This document shows positions 23,260-38,019 of a DNA stretch of 64,000 nucleotides, in pieces. Source of the stretch: Octopus sinensis (lineage: Eukaryota); assembly GCF_006345805.1 (NCBI RefSeq), contig NC_043008.1, forward strand, positions 8,680,001-8,744,000. Direction: 5' to 3'. The stretch's first letter is position 1, and each line of letters begins with the position of its first letter. A program made the position numbers and the translations under genes. Under the pieces are notes generated by a model. The model did no database searches and was not told the origin of the DNA. It saw only the letters and a list, made by a program, of their open reading frames with translations.

Positions 23260-26200
23260 GTTTCCTTGCTCATTTACGCTGTTTTGTCTTAGTGATGTTA
23301 CTTCTATTGTATAAAATATATAATGAATTCATTTTCAATATTTCTTCGTGTATTTTCTATATATGATTTATCATTTCCAAGCCGTGCCCATATTCTAGAG
23401 ATTGTTTTATTTTCTATCCCCATCATTCATGTTAACTCTATTTTTAGACTTTCATTTTTAGTGTCCTTCTGCGAGTCTTCAGGGAATACATTATCTTCTA
23501 TCGGGTTTCATACTCTGGTTAAGAAATATTTCCTTTTCTTGTGGTCAATTGACAACGCTGTCTGGTCACCACATCTTCATTTCGCACTCTTCGTGTATTG
23601 ACATATCCCTGTGCATGGCTACTTTCTCATCATTTGAAATATTTTTTGGTGCGTGGCAAAATCCATTTAAAGTCTGTTAGTATTTCGAAATGATAGCATG
23701 AATTCAAATATATGGAAGTACGTTTTTTGTCACGTCTTTCTTAGGAAAATATCCACAGGTACCACATAGTCGTAATAATTTTCACCGAGAAGCCAGCGGC
23801 AAGGTTGAGTATGTTTCTTGACCAGTATTACAATTGTAAGTCCCTGAGATCTGATTTACCACTGATTTTTAGTAGTTTTGGGTAAGGTAGATTTTATCTT
23901 TTGATTCAACTAAGAATCATTGAGTCTTAGCTTTGAAACTCTTGCTAATGCAGATGTGCTGCGATTCTATCTCTCCCAATCCTATTGTGTTCAGCTTTTG
24001 CAGTTCTTAGCCATGTCAATGCTTTTATCGGCACTTTGTTAAAATGGCATCCTGCAGCCTAATTTTTAACATAGATTTTAGATGTTTGCAATAACTCTAC
24101 ATTTTTCGTCTGTATAACGAATGTTAATTTCTACATGCCAGGTGTTTGCTGGCTTTGATGACAGAAACGAGATTATTGTTCTGTAAATGCTTCATAACTG
24201 TTTGTATTTCATTTCCCATTATTCAGTTGTCGATGTTCCAGCACCACTACACAAGCTATTATTTCTATATTACTTTTTTTTTATCAAATATTGTTTCTAG
24301 ATGAAGCCAATAATATTTTTCTTATTTCTTTCTGCGCTCAATTTAGAATATGATGATTAATAACTCATTATAGAGGCAGTTACAGTATATTGATCTCTGT
24401 TGCCTTGATTGTGTTAAACATTTAGCTCTCTCTGAAGTATTAATCTAATAAATCTACAATATTTATTCTTAATATTTATTTCCATTTGTATGTCTTTTTA
24501 AAAAGACATACATAAAAGAAATTCATTTATTCCTAAATATTTGTATGCATTTGTTTTATTTAACATATTAATATTCTTTCTTTCTTTGCTTCTCTTTTGC
24601 GTTGCTTTTATGCATTTCTTTTTGTCTGATTTTCATATAATTTCTTTAGTAAATCCATATACTCTCTGCAGAAGGTTATCTAGTTGTTTATCACCTGCAG
24701 TATAAGCCCTAATGTTGTCCATATAGAAAAACATGTTTGTGTTGTTTATTTTACTACGTCATTTGTATACAAGTCCATCTCATTTATCATGTTAGCTAAA
24801 TCTGTTAACTAATAGCATTCAGTTCAGATTTGGGTGATAAGATCTGTTAATATCGCCCTCCCTTGATCAAATGTATCCGTATGACATGCTTCTATGCTGC
24901 TAAAATCGTTCTTTACAGATTTTTCTTCAATGGTCTTTTCCTTAACCAGGAACAGATTCCGTTGTCCTTCTTGACTTCTATTGTCTTTTTGAAAACCACT
25001 GCATGAATCTCATTTTCCGCAATGCTAGTTTTTCTTTTCCCACATGCAAGTAAAAGCCCTTAAGGAGGGCTTGCACCTCGCCTTCTATACAGACACCTGG
25101 ACTTGTTATTGTCTCGTAATATTCTATCCTTAATACTCTTCCATCTTTTATTCATAAATTGCATAAACCGGCAGCATTTGTTTGGAAATTTATTACGATT
25201 TACTTTACCTTTTTTCCCGCCGTGATACTTCTGCTCATCGTTCCTCCAACAAATAACATTTGCTCCATACCTGGTTAGTGATATTGCTGCCAACGGATTT
25301 GATTCGCGTGATATTTCCCGCATTTAAGTTAGATTTCATATGTTTCATTTCGCAATCTATTCTTTACTGATGATTCACTTTATTTTTATACTTTTAATTT
25401 TGTCACATTTTATCATACCCAGATGTTTATATATTTATTTTACGTTTATAATTTTAAAATGTTTTATCCATAACGAATCTGATCCTAATTTTGTGAACGT
25501 CCCCATTGCACATCATCCTCATAGCGCATTTCTCGATTCTGGATGTCATTGCAATGCTAATACTAATTATGATTGAAGTTTTTACCAAAGGATCCAACAA
25601 ATGAATGAAAGAGATTTCACTTACACCGATTCTTTCGAAAAGTGTGTCCTGCCTTGTATTTGTTTAGAAGCAGGGACAAAGAGAGCAGCATGATAACAAA
25701 CAAGATAGAATACAGATATTGTTTTCTTGAAGGGTCCCACTTCAAGCCTGTATATATCTTTCCGACTTTAACTCAACCCTCTGAAATCGCATGACATTTT
25801 AGGACAGACATCAGACATTTTCAAGATCTTAATAATTTTGCCTACTTTTCGAGTGTGCTTTTCTATAATCGATCTGTGGACTAAACAAATTTATCGATCT
25901 CTCCGAACAACATCAAGTCTTTCTTGTCGACCATTAATTAGTCTTTTCTGTTTTTTCTACAACTTTTTCGTTCCTCTTCCGCAGTTCAAGAATTTCGATA
26001 TAAGAGATAGACATGTAATTTGTCGGGAATCTGCCGGGGCATTATTTTCTAGTTTGCTTATCAGCATCAAGCAAGATACTCCACTACTTATCCACAGACA
26101 AACATCTAAACTCGATATACACCCTCTTTTGTCTCACTGTTGTTTCATGGAGACGTGTAAATACTTTCAGCCAATAAACTTGGACAAGAACGGTAGTTTG

Positions 26201-26900
26201 CCAATATTTTTCATTTTTTTCACATGACTTTCAAATATTTGTATTCGTGATGATAACATCTTTTTCCAGTTGAAAAATTTCAATTCATTTTTTTTTTACT
26301 TGATTTCACAACTGTGCTTATTAATGTGCCTGGCATATCTTCCTAAATTTCTCCCGAGAAAAACAAAACTCTAGTTCTTAAATATTCAACTTTATAATTT
26401 CTCTCATTTCCTTCACGAATTTCACAAAGACTCTTCTGGTTTGAATGACAAAGTTGCTTTTACTTACTCGTATATTTATTATTTCTTTATTTTAGTAGCT
26501 TTTGCCTTTCCTCTCTGCTTTACTTCTTCAATCTTTGTACCAATTCCATTTTTATATGCGAAGCATTTTTGCTAATATACGGTTCTCTTCTTTTTCCTTA
26601 ATTTAACCTCATTCCTCAAAACGCAGCTTAGTTATATATTTCCTAAATCCCTAATCTTACTTAATATCCGCTTTTCCCAAAGGGACACCTGCTCATCCTT
26701 ATTTTAACAAAGCTGGAGACATTCTCCTGATTCCTGGCATCATTGTTAACCATCCGGTATTGATATGTCAGTTCTTGTCATTCTTGGTTGTTCTTTCTTT
26801 ATATTTCTTCAATTTTTAATCTGAGATATATTTTCCATCATGATACACAACAATGTGCCAGCTAGCTTCAATAATCCTATAACATTCTAGGATTCATGGA
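23260..26900 (-). mobile_element. Old, heavily decayed R4-type LINE (RT plus RLE), interrupted at about 25330-25800
   Basis: Minus strand remnants in order: WISSG..CL...RQITCLSLISKFL (about 26000-26130), FFYMDNIRAY (YMDD box, about 24710-24750), AYKYLGINE (about 24530-24550), then an RLE region PDSVVN and an R4-like terminus near 23300. Confidence 0.7.
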
Positions 26901-26921
26901 TACCAAAATAGTATGATGGTT

Positions 26922-26922
26922 G

Positions 26923-27004
<82 letters not shown>

Positions 27005-27020
27005 CATCATCATCATCATA
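26922..27020. repeat. (ATT)n/(CAT)n microsatellite
   Basis: Direct reading. Confidence 0.95.
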
Positions 27021-27024
27021 TTAC

Positions 27025-27564
27025 TGAATGAGAGAGCAGTGCATGCCATCAAACTGACACTGGGCTAAAATACACAAAGCCCAGTACATCCATCATGACT
27101 ACCCGCCTCATAAGGATGCACCAGGCACGTGCAACATGGTGATCACACATCAAGATAAATAGCGCATGACCTTGCAGATGAGGCCCAGTTAGAATTTTCT
27201 TCAGGTTGAGTAGCCCATCTCGCTAAAAAGGTCTCTGAATGAAGGGTACTTAAGGATGTTGAACAAAACAACCATGTTTCCAGAAGTGAATTATTCAAAC
27301 CCCAAAGAATTCCTCTCAACACATGGCTATGATGCTCCCCCACTATTTCTGCTCGTGATCAGAGATGCACATATAGTTAGCCACTTAGGAACATGCTCAA
27401 CTGGTAAAGGTCAAACAACTGACAAGCAAATCTGTGGTATTGAGCAGAATATTTGCTGTAGCCCATCGTTTATACCAAGACAAAACAATGAACATGATAA
27501 CACTTCCAATCAGTTAAGATCAGAAGCCATGAGAGCCTCTGTCTGGTACTGCATCAGGGCATTT
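27025..27564 (-). mobile_element. Second copy of the ~550-bp (AAT)n-embedded element
   Basis: Reverse-complement homologue of 11795-12346. Both flanks are (ATT)n/(CAT)n. Confidence 0.8.
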
Positions 27565-27582
27565 ATTATTATTCTTATCAAA

Positions 27583-27770
27583 GCGGCGAGCTGGCAGAAA
27601 TGCTTAGCGGTATTTTGTCCATCTTTACGTTCTTGGTTCAATTTTCACCGAGATCGACTTTGTCTTTCATCTTTTCCGGGTCGCTAAAATAAATAGCAGT
27701 TGAGAACTGGGTTTGATGTAGTAAACCTATCCCCTCCCCCGAAATTTCAGTCTTTGTGCCAACAGCAAAA
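27583..27770 (+). mobile_element. SINE family B copy
   Basis: gcggcgagctggcagaa...gagatcgactttgtctttcatc... Confidence 0.75.
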
Positions 27771-29719
27771 TGTCCTATTGTTATTATCATCAACATCATT
27801 TTTGTTGCTATTGTTGTTGCAGCTCCTAAATTGATTGGCTAATCGGCTGAGAAACAGATTCATATTATTTATTCTGTGTTCAAATCCTACCGATGCCAAG
27901 TTTGCGTTTCATCTGATGCCTATGAAATAAAATACAAGTCTACTACTACTTTTTCTACTTTCTCTTCTCCCCATAAATTTCAGGTCGTATTAATAATCAT
28001 TAACAATTATAAACAGTTACTATTATGATTATTTTAAACACAACTGGATGTATCTTCATCATGTCATTATTAACAGCATTATTTTAATATTTCTTGTTAA
28101 AGACAATGGAGTGAATGTATTCACAAATGTTAAACAGTTATCTGTTCATGGACGTTGAATGCTAAATCTGAAATATCAGACAACGGTTTCAATGACACGA
28201 CAACCTCCATTGTTCAAAGCTCTGCGGCATATGTCTGGTAAAATTCAACCACTCTGCAGATGATCACATGTTTCTTTGCTGCTATAAAAATTTATGAAAT
28301 ATTTAGTGTAGCCATATTTCTGTGACTTGCAGTGGGGAGAACTGTAGAACAAGAAATAACTTACCAAAGGACAGAGTTAACATGTCGAAAAGAAACATGA
28401 TTAAAACCTATTGACATCATTCAAAGCCATTACTGGCGGGCATGAAGCACAAACAGATTGGAAACCCATGTGTCAATGGTAAATCCATAGCAACAATATT
28501 TCTTGTTAGACGAATTGTTAAAGAACAGCAATTGTGAAAATTAAATTTGTGGAATATTGCATATGAAATTGAAAATATTATTAATAGGAAACAGAAGACT
28601 AAAAATAATAAAAATGAGAAAGAACCGTATTAAGACTAACATCTCAATACAAAATCAAGAACTTATTCCTGCCAGATAGAGACGGCATATTGCGGAAGAC
28701 ACATTAATATGAACAAGGGAAATGAAATATTAGATTCTGTGCGTACAACCGATGCCCTACTTAATTTCAATAATAAATTAATACAACACTCCCTGCGGTT
28801 TGAGGACCTTGAGGAAAAAAAAAACATAAATGACAAAGACACCACACACATACTCTCGCACACACATACAGTAAAATAAAACACGCTATGGGCGGAATCT
28901 CCCTCAGTAGAATAACTTCTTACATACGCCTACGTATGTATCATCCAAAAGAGTAACACCAACAAGTCACGTTGCTCACATGTGAAACTGTGTATCTTAA
29001 TAGAACACAACAACAATGTATTCAGTAATTAATCAGGATTCGGCAAAATCCCGTACAATACTTGACACGCGTCCTCCGCAACGATTTAAGATAAATACTG
29101 AAATCGTTTTGAAACAATTCTAAACCCCGAAAGACAATACTTTGCACGCCTCGGGGACAAAGGAGACACCATGCTGGTGGAGCCCCATTAATCAATTAAT
29201 TGTAAACAAGTAGGAGGTAGAGGAGAAGGAGGAGGAGGAAGAGAGAAAGAAGAAGGGGTGGAGGAGACAGAGGAGAAGCAGAAGGTGAAGGAGGGTGTGT
29301 TGATGATCATTTTCATGATGAAGGTAGCTGTATAATTTACAGGCACACGATAATGAAGTCGAAATCAGGATATAGTTGATAATATAATGACCAGTAATAA
29401 TAATATATCTATTCTGGTTGGACACAGAACCCAAATAGATGATACAAATACCGCAACATACACATACAATTTTCTAAAAGTCTTATAGCTGAATTTTCTC
29501 TCTACGCTCCTTGAGATCTTGAGCAATTGTACGATAGCATTATAAATGAACCCGGGAAAATTCTTCCCTGGATCTAAAATAGAGTAGCTTATTTATTCCC
29601 TTTTATTTATAAACCCCTGGTGCATGGACGGCAAAACTAATAAATGCCAAAACTATAGGTCATTAACGTGTTATATCCATGTATAATTTACTAATATGAA
29701 TCATCATTAAATATAAATA

Positions 29720-30042
29720 TTTTCTCTTGATGGCTGAACAATTTACCCTCCATATTCACCAGATATTGCTCTTTCGAATTTCCATTAATTCAGGTCTCTG
29801 CAGAACAGTCTTAATAGTAAAATTTTCAATTCCTTGGATGACGTAAAAGATAACTTGATGAACTCTTTGCCATGAAACCATCTCAATTCTGGGAAGAGGG
29901 TATTTTCAAGTTAAAGGAAAGATGGAGACGCATTGTGCAACAAAATGTTTCGTAGTTGGTTGATTAAAAATGTAATGGCAAGTATTTATTGACCTTTTTC
30001 TTTCCTTTAAAAATCGGCACGAACTTTCCGGACAACCCGATA
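29720..30042 (+). mobile_element. Mariner 3' end with terminal inverted repeat
   Basis: PPYSPDIALSNFHL.RSLQNSL...KPSQFWEEGIFKLKERWRRIVQQN, then a mariner-type TIR aaaaatcggcacgaactttccggacaacccga followed by TA (30009-30042). Confidence 0.85.
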
Positions 30043-30044
30043 CG

Positions 30045-30545
30045 ATAACAAAAAGTTTTCTCATAGATATATCAACCCAAATAGATTGCAACACTTCCTT
30101 ATAAACGTTTGAAAAGTTATGTAAATGCATTGACATTGGAATAGAGATCTCAAAACTATGGTATCTAAGAAGGACAACTGTACCTATGAATATAGGAACC
30201 TTGAGGATAATAGCAATTGACATTCTTAAATAACATGTTCGAATACCAAGGAAATCAGAACTCTCAGAATAACAAGGAATTGTTCTCTTGGACAATGCCC
30301 ACATCCTAAGAAAAATATTATCAACCTGAGAATATCTGAATCGTATAAAATTTTTCAAAATCACTAATATTATAACAAACATTTAATGAAATCTTTACAT
30401 CTCAGAATGTTGGTCTCCTCTCCCGACAATATATCATTGCTACTCATAAATAACACTCGCAGTAAAAAGTCCAACTTGCTGTCAATTGAAGTCTCTTGAT
30501 GATACTTTGAGAACTCATAGAAAGCCAAGCATTAACATAAACAAC
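30045..30545 (+). mobile_element. 3' end of an R4-type RLE LINE followed by (ATT)n
   Basis: IDIST..D...FEKL.K..DIGIEISKLWYLRRTTVPMNIGTL...GIVLLDNAHILRKILST* matches the R4/Dong C-terminus. Confidence 0.75.
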
Positions 30546-30547
30546 AA

Positions 30548-30599
<52 letters not shown>

Positions 30600-30717
30600 A
30601 TTATTATTATTATATTATTATTATTATTATTATTATTAATATTATATTATTATTATTATATTATTATTATATTATTATTATTATTAATTATTATTATTAT
30701 TTATTATTATTATTATA

Positions 30718-30750
<33 letters not shown>

Positions 30751-30782
30751 TTATTATTATTATTATTATTATTATTATATTA

Positions 30783-30824
<42 letters not shown>

Positions 30825-30945
30825 ATTATTATTATTATTATTATTATATTATTATTTATTATTATTATTAATATTATTATTATTATATTATTATTAATTA
30901 TTATTATATTATCATTATTATTATTATTATTATTATTTATTATTA

Positions 30946-30982
<37 letters not shown>

Positions 30983-31011
30983 TATTATTATAGTATTATT
31001 ATTATTATTAA

Positions 31012-31049
<38 letters not shown>

Positions 31050-31069
31050 TATTATTATTATTATTATTA

Positions 31070-31109
<40 letters not shown>

Positions 31110-31157
31110 CATTATTATTATTATAATTATTATTATTATTATTATTTTATTATTATG
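30548..31157. repeat. ~600-bp imperfect (ATT)n array
   Basis: Direct reading. Confidence 0.95.
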
Positions 31158-32050
31158 TAGTTCTATATTTAAGAGATTTGGAATTATGTACGTTATTACA
31201 TTATTTACATTTGACGGATATTTGTCCTCATCTTGTTTGTTGTTAACACAACGTTTTGGCTACTAATATTACTACTACTACTACTATTCTTTTCTTATTT
31301 AGACACAGCGTCATAGATATTTTAAGGAAGAGAACTAATATACAGCATTTCCCCCAATCCATTACTGGTAACTTATTTTATGGAGCTTTGAAGGATGGCA
31401 GACAACGTTGGCATGACTGGGGTTTGAACATAAAATTTGGAGTGTTGTAATCAAATTTTATAAGGCATTTTGGGACGCTCTATTGATCCTACAAATCGCA
31501 TGTTTTAATATTTTTGTTCTTCTTGAAAATAGGGGTCAAATTGTTTTGAAGTGAGGTATGTCATTGATACTACTTGAATTAGTTCGTGTCTTGCTCATCA
31601 TTTTATAAACACCTGGCAGATGAACAGCAAAATTGAGATCAGAGAGGTGTGAACTCTGAATGTAGAGTTACAGAACATATCGAAAGAATCTGAGAGTGTA
31701 AGGAAGTGAGAAGAGTTCATGCTTCACCAATAAAAGTGTAGCAAACCCCGCTCAGTCTTTTATATTTGTTTCTCTTCATTGACTTCATCCGCACTCAAGT
31801 GCTTTATTCTTTTAGAAGTTTTCTCACATAGAGTAAAGCATGGATAACCTAACAGCTCACTTATTTTTTTCGTTATAATATAATTTAACACAAATTAATT
31901 TTCCCTTATTTAAAGACATTGCTTTTATATTCAACATATTAATCTCTAACCTTCACGTTAACAAGCAAACATGGCTGCTAGACCTGACAGAAATATCAGT
32001 GGTAAATCTTTATGAAATCCTTCTGTATAACTATACTTATAGAAACAAAA

Positions 32051-32275
32051 GGCGGCGAGTTGTCAGACACGTTAGCACGCCGGGCGAAAAGCATAGCCGC
32101 ATTTCGTCTGCCGTTACATTCTGAGATCAAATTCCGTCGAGGCCGACTTTACCTTTCATCCTTTTGGGGTCCATAAATTAAGTACCAGTTACGCACTGGG
32201 GTTGATGTAATCGACGTAATCCGTTTGTCTATCCTTGTTTGTCCCGTCTGTGTTTAGCTCCTTGTGGGTAGTAAA
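32051..32275 (+). mobile_element. SINE family B monomer with 17-bp TSD
   Basis: Full head-to-tail copy. tatacttatagaaacaa occurs at 32032-32048 and 32282-32298. Confidence 0.9.
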
Positions 32276-33067
32276 TATATATATACTTATAGAAACAAGA
32301 AGGAAACTTTAGATGTAGGTAGACTTATTCTAATAAACGAGATGGCAATAACTCGAACGCCTTTGTTCATAGATTTGTTCGATCAGTAGTAATCTAAAGC
32401 TAAACAATTACTTTCTCCATTAGCTATCTTATATATAGCATAGCAAAAGTGGAACAGGGTTGTACAATTGATTGGTAAGATGTTTACCACTTGTTCTACA
32501 GCGGTTGTCACGCAATCTTTTATCAGTTATTGCATAGAAAATGTTTATTGTTCATTTGATTATCTTCAAGTTGGTATAATGTGGAATGTTTTGCATTTTT
32601 ACTTCGGTCTTCCATAGATTCATTAACTATTTTTATGTATATTTGATGCTCGTTCCAAAACCGATATAACATAATTTCAGAATTATTTTGTTTAATATAT
32701 ATGCATAAAGTACACATAATATCTGCAATGTTTTAAAATACAAGCGATCAAAAATTTCCAGTGATTACTCTATTCCATAAATATGTAAATAATAACTTAA
32801 CTTTAACTAACAAAGGCTGCAAACCGATATGTAATCTATGAATTCATATAAGATACCGACTAATTCAGTAAAAATTCAATGAGAACATAGATTTTTATTA
32901 AATTTATAATTATTGATAGTTGAAATTTTACAATACTGTCTCGCATTATTACAATGACTATTTGTGATCGTGTGTATGCGAGGTCTTATATACATATATA
33001 AATATTCATTATAACATCTGAAATTTAGAATTATATATATATATATACATATATACATATATATATG

Positions 33068-33111
<44 letters not shown>

Positions 33112-33150
33112 CATATATATATATATACATACATATATATATATATATAT

Positions 33151-33225
<75 letters not shown>

Positions 33226-33653
33226 GATAGATAGATAGCGACAATATAATTATTCTCTTAGAATAATAACCCAATTTATATACTCAAATATTCAGTAAAC
33301 GAAATACAAGTAGACACTTTTCTTTCGCCTGCTGGCTGCCGAACGAAAGATCGAATGCGTTTCAGGCCAACTAGTTACAGACGAAATAGTTTGTAGCATA
33401 TCATTGACACATCGTTGTGCTTATGAAAATGACACAGAGGATGAGTCAAATGTATCTCATTGTAGATAAGTAGCATAAATCGTAGCGTTAAAAAATGGTT
33501 AGTAGTTGTAATTATGCGAAAGACTAATAAAGTATAATATTGCACGGAACGAATATTGTTAGAAAATGGCAACTCTTGAATCTAACGCAACAGATGGTGC
33601 AGGCCGTATTTAACAAAGAAAAGTTTTTAAATAAACATCTATTAGTTATATAC

Positions 33654-33713
<60 letters not shown>

Positions 33714-35176
33714 GTTCTCTAGAAAGAGACCAGATTAGTAACTCCTTATTCTTAAAAAGTGGAACAGCATTGCTGCTGATCACTCCTGCAGGAAACCGGA
33801 AACAAGCAGATGTACGAAGGCCAGAACTACCTATGGGGGACAAAGAAAACAGTACGAGAAACGGACTTTCTTTCTCCGCCCTCAATTGCACTTTGTCACT
33901 GAATTTCTATTTGTCATTGCCATGTTGGTCTGTAGAGCACATTCTGATCTGTCTACAAGGCAGAAACTAAAAATTCCAACCGAAAATCCATGGTTTTGCA
34001 ATATGAAGGGATATCTTTTATGATATGCTTATTTATATATCTCCAAGATTGCAGAAAGTTATTTAGCAATTGTGAGTTTAAGCTAAACTAAGTATCGTTC
34101 TTGGCCGAGATTACTCAAGTTGAAAGTTCTTCCGGGCGTGACTAATTTGCTTTAACGAATATGAAGCTCAATATTTCTAACGTAATTACCATTTCCAAAA
34201 GATAAGATGTAATACTTCAGGAATGTTTGGAGGACTATTTCTAGCTTCGTTAAACACAATGAAATACCTTTCCATACTTTTGGTAAACCATGGACTATAT
34301 AGTCTGTAACATTGCCATAACATAGCCGCCAGCTTGAATTTAGTGGCTTTGTCTGCTAATTTAGACTGTCTATATACACCGTTAGAGTTTGCTTCAGCCG
34401 ATGCTTAGAGAAGGCTAGTTTTGACTGAGCAGAGATCCAATAAGAAAACTTCCATTTGTTACCATTTGGTATTGTTGTATAACAGGAATTGCATTAGCCA
34501 TTATGTTGTTACACATTAGAAAATGAAGGAAGTGATATTTGAGAAAAAAATAGGCAGCTATATTTTTTTAGTAATTTGAGTGATTACTTAGAAGTTCCGT
34601 TTTTGTTTCGTGGTTCCTTTATCGCTGTTTGTCGGATTCCTGGGCTGGGATTAAAAGATTCAACGAAAAGATGATAAAAGGGTTTTTTTTCTGGTCATGA
34701 CATTCCTAACCCTTTCCTAAACACAGTCAACATGCAATCATAACAAATTCTACAGAAGAATCTTTTCAGTATAATAGAATGCTTGCCGTCGCAATCAGAG
34801 ACACGCAAACACATACTAAAAGGAACTTTCGTTCTCTCTCTCCCTCTCTTGCACCTCCCTCCGTCTCTATCTTTCCCTCTTTCTCTCTCGCAGACAATGA
34901 GACTGACGTAACATCACTTCGCTGCTTCTCCTGCTTCTCCAACAATTTGTTGGCCTTTTATGGTTTTTATAATTATTCATGCTATAAAATATTATGTTAT
35001 AATATATATATTATATTCATAGTATCTCTTGTAATATTGTAATATAAATAAATTATAGAATATCTCTATATTTAATTTATCTTTATAATTGAATTATACC
35101 AATATTCATATGGTATTCAACTGAAGTACCAGGGAATTGGATGTTTAAGGAAGGATATCTTTTCCTCAGTTTGTTA

Positions 35177-35229
<53 letters not shown>

Positions 35230-36129
35230 AGTATGTATATACGTTTGTATGTATATATATAAACTTATATATATATGCATAGCAGTAGCAGGGTAGTGAA
35301 ATATCATGGAATGTAAAAGTTGAATATATGGAGGGGGGCACTAAAAATATCATAACGTAAACATATAAGTGTGCAAATGATAAAGATATAAAACATCTTC
35401 ACCTGTGAAGAAGCTATGATAAGGGTTATCACGTATTTAATGTACGATTTTTGGTTCTAATTCCATGGATGTTTAGGGAAGTCGTTCATAATTTGTTAGT
35501 GAAAAATATTGAGGTTTCTTAACTCTGTTTCTCCAGAAGACTGGATGGGTATCTCCATATAACAAACCCTCGACTTCATTTTAAATATATACCAGCATCT
35601 AGAAGTTTATTGTGTGTTGGTTTATTATGTTTACGTATCCTACCAAAACAATGTTTCTTCGTATTGCTCATGCTTATAACATTTTTCTTAAATCATTCAC
35701 GTCGTTCATTGCTTATATTTCCCTTTTGGTAACGGGTTAGCAGTAAGATTTAATTTCTTCATCTTTACACCTGAACGTAATCTATTGTTCTTTCAAGGGC
35801 TGGAATGAAAGCCACGTAATAAATTGTTAATTAAGCATTGTTTAATTAATGTATGTTGTGGGTTTTTTTTCTTTCATCACTTCAACGTCTTTTCCACTTT
35901 CTTACATCTTTTATCTTTTACTGGTTTTATTTAGATCCTGAGGTCATGCTGGGGCACTCTCTCTTTGTTTCGCTGGGCATCTTTTCGGTTTTCTCTCTGG
36001 CCCAGGCGTTTCACTTCTATTTAAAGTTCCATACGCCTTGTCAGCACATAGTCACATAACTTCGACCAGACCGACATCGGGATTTCGAAAACTTCTTCCT
36101 TTGAATACGAGAGGACTTTGTCTTCCCCC

Positions 36130-36620
36130 CTAACAAAACACAAACATTATACATTTTAATGAATCATTCCAGCAACGCTACCTCCTTCCTACTCTCGACA
36201 AACTCAAATCCTAAACCTTTTTTTAACAGGCTAACATCGCGAGATTTCAAAACAAAACGTGATAAATATTAAACGTAAACTGTTCTTAAAACGCTTATAT
36301 ATCTCTTCTCCACACCAATACTTATATCTATCATTGGCATTTTATATAATATTGCCAATATCTTATCCCCAATTCATTGGCTTCCAAACTAGTAAATACT
36401 TCACTTACATAAGTTTCTAACATTACAAACACAAGCAGGATTCGTATTAGTATACCACACATTATCTCAAGGACCAACCAGTTTCAACTTTCTGTATTTC
36501 CTGCAGCTACTCAAAATATCCTTTCCCTTTGATCTAAGGAAGCAACCTGTCGCCATTTAGTCAACCTAAATTTGTCTTACAAACTTCATAATTGCAATTG
36601 TCCATACCAACCTACTATTT
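36130..36620 (-). mobile_element. Possible very old RTE-type LINE RT C-terminal remnant
   Basis: Minus strand gives fragments such as EVKYL, WCGEEIYKRFK and VYV..LSRFVL, loosely resembling RTE thumb motifs. Many stops. Confidence 0.3.
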
Positions 36621-36791
36621 TATATTCCTCAGGATATGCTCCTTACATTTACATAAAATGTAGGATCTAACCACGAAAATTGATGGGTATAGTAATAATT
36701 GGACAACAATATCAACATCATCATCGTTATCACTATCACCATACTAGTGATTTTTTTTATTTATCTTAGCCCTTATACGATATGTACGTAA

Positions 36792-36846
<55 letters not shown>

Positions 36847-37575
36847 CATTATTATTATTATTCTCGTGATCATAATTCTTCACTTCACCATTATCAAAGA
36901 CTTTATCGTAGTCTATATCATGTCTTCCAAATATGGTTTCTATCGTGATTTCCTATAATTCCACTGATTTGTTGACTTTTTCACTACCATCATTTCGCAA
37001 TTATCCCCATCATTTTCCTCCCCAGCAATCCTCATCAGTAACAGTAACAAACGCTAGCACCATCATCACCCGCCAGCATGGCATCATGGAATCATCGTGG
37101 CGGTTGCTGCTGTTCGTGTGGTTTTGGCCTCTTATTGTTGCATCGCTTGTTCCTTGATAAATGCAATTAAATAATTCATGGCTTTCACAATGAAAGTGAA
37201 AGTAAAATGAAATGTAAATACGTTTATATGAAAATAAAATAAAATAAGTGAACCGATGCATAATACCAGAGATTACATCTCAAAGGACATAATGTAGTTT
37301 TTGTTAACCCTGCATTGTATAGATGCTTGAAGAGTACGATAATACAATTTGTTTCATGAATATACAATGTGTGCGTCTTCAATCAATACTTGCATTCGTT
37401 GAATGGTGTGTCATGGAATTTCTATGCCAGCTTCCAAGCATCCAACGTCTATACATAATCAGTTTATTCATGATATGCCAGGTAACTACATGTTTGATGT
37501 TATTGTGGTGGTTGCTGTTGATGATGATGAGGTTATTGTTGTTGTTAGTATTATTAAAATTATTATTATTACTAA

Positions 37576-37606
<31 letters not shown>

Positions 37607-37750
37607 AATAGTTTTGTTATGATTACTGTTATCACAAGCATCTGTATCTTTGCTTTTCAGTGTTATTCCCAGCAATGCTATAAACATATTGATAATATGG
37701 GTCGCCGCTAAATGAAACGGGGAAATCAAAAACATCCCAAAAATAACATT

Positions 37751-37782
<32 letters not shown>

Positions 37783-37912
37783 GGTCGTGGTGGTCGTGGT
37801 CGTGGTGATCGTGGCAGGAACACCGATAGGTCCTTCAGTAGCAGAACATAAATAATAGATGACAGTAGAATCAACATATAAATGTGTATAAAAACAAACA
37901 TCATATTCCACA

Positions 37913-38019
<107 letters not shown>

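Noticed and set aside
33790-34020. GC-richer segment after a possible acceptor (ctcctgcag) with several open frames
   Set aside because: No frame gives a recognisable protein and no donor was found.
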